A stretch of DNA of 63,507 bases, counting the filler, from Lenisia limosa (taxonomy: Eukaryota; Protista; Breviatea): assembly GCA_001655205.1 (NCBI GenBank). It is 10 parts of 10 records of this genome, joined end to end, with 100 filler letters (N's around TTAATTAATTAA, not from the genome) between each part and the next. Parts side by side here need not be neighbours in the genome. Positions count along the whole stretch, not along the records: positions 62,219 to 63,507 come from LPNZ01000660.1; 9 more parts are not named here. One strand, written 5' to 3'. Below, piece after piece: positions 62,642 through 63,507 of the stretch (position 1 is the first letter of the stretch; every line of letters starts with the position of its first letter). The notes under the pieces were generated by a model. The model was not told the DNA's origin, did no database searches, and was given only the letters and a program-made list of their open reading frames with translations. The position numbers were made by a program, and so were the translations under genes.

Positions 62642-62879
62642 ATCCTATATTATATCATATCAGATAATAAACATCTACAAGCACCCCTGACGATCCAAAT
62701 TGGAGGCCGACCGACAGAACAAGGTGGGTAACTAGGAGCTGTATAGACATGCACCTCCGTAGTAGGCGTTCTTCCTCTCTCACATCTCAAAACAACGAGT
62801 ACTAGCGCACTATCTACCATGTTCCATTCAGCAGCAGATCGTCTCAAAACACTCCATCAAAGAAAAGCTACCTACAAAA

Positions 62880-63507
62880 CCATTCTCTGGGTCAATAATC
62901 ATAATCCATATCATTCACTTCAGGTACCGCCTCTTCATCGTCACTGTCAAAGTACCTGGGGGGTGATAAAAAAGGGGCTTAGAAGGTAAAACACAAGATA
63001 AACAACCTGAAACGCCAGAGATGAAGAGAATAGATGCCCACCCACCTGTCAATTCGGTCCAATTCCGCTTCTTTACCGTCCCATTTCGGGTCATTATCGA
63101 TCTGGGAGATTATCACAATGAGATCAGCACCAAAAGCGGCCTTATAAACAAAATTTTATCAGTTTCCGAAGCCGCAACACTTTGAGGCTTACATCTTCGC
63201 TTTCGATCTTCTTGACATCGGCAGACACGCCGTCAATGAAGCGTTGCACCGCGGCCTCGACAAACGAGTGTCGACAGTTGACTATCTGTGTGGGTCAGCT
63301 CTAAACGTGGAGGATGCAATAAAGCAAGAATGACCATAATAGGAGTTAACTTCGGTTAAAAAAAAAACTCGATACAATATCGATAGTTTTCGAGGATCTA
63401 TCCAGACATTCAGTCTCCTTTTGAACGGAAGTGAAGCCCTAGAATCAGCAACATACTGAGGGTTCGGCAAAGACGTCATGACTCAAGGCCTTGGTGTCGT
63501 CTGAAAG
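62880..63507 (-). CDS. Hypothetical protein fragment
   Basis: Exons KALSHDVFAEP|IVNCRHSFVEAAVQRFIDGVSADVKKIESED|IDNDPKWDGKEAELDRID|YFDSDDEEAVPE; family not recognised. Confidence 0.55.
63340..63441. mobile_element. hAT-type MITE family A copy. Partial copies also at ~88-140, ~14783-14853, ~45897-46095, ~46309-46390
   Basis: TAGGAGTTAACTTCGGTT...GAACGGAAGTGAAGCCCTA with the shared core; TSD not recognisable. Confidence 0.7.

Overview
Eukaryotic, intron-rich, gene-dense DNA using the standard genetic code. It is probably a protist; an amoebozoan is a guess based on a CudA-like transcription factor, a SHAQKYF-type Myb and G/C-tailed introns, and cannot be proven from this window. The window is not one locus. 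Nine identical 100-bp artificial linkers (44 N + TTAATTAATTAA + 44 N) join ten separate scaffolds, so many genes are truncated and gene order across a linker means nothing. Recognisable genes, spliced by eye: cactin, STRA6-like membrane protein, PACRG-like, LARP7-like La protein, adrenodoxin-type ferredoxin, Myb factor, nucleoplasmin-FKBP, Nop6-like RRM protein, multi-TM class 3 lipase, ABCB7/Atm1, a hemerythrin-domain protein, ABHD1/3-like hydrolase, SGF29-like, VPS16, a type II J-protein and a PTEN-like phosphatase. Mobile DNA comprises two decayed pogo (DDE_1) transposons, one carrying a tRNA-like Pol III cassette, plus a hAT-type MITE family with 8-bp target duplications, a second MITE, and several short repeat families that are almost all intronic. 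The most interesting signals: (1) a MITE terminus that supplies a working splice donor and inflates very short introns; (2) G-run/C-run intron ends and splice-site tandem duplications; (3) a hemerythrin fused to an Nbp35-like Cys motif; (4) a STRA6-like protein in a non-animal; (5) non-canonical catalytic motifs (J-domain HPN, PTEN HCLAGRGR). No CRISPR array, rRNA or intact tRNA is supported. Exon boundaries are manual and approximate.
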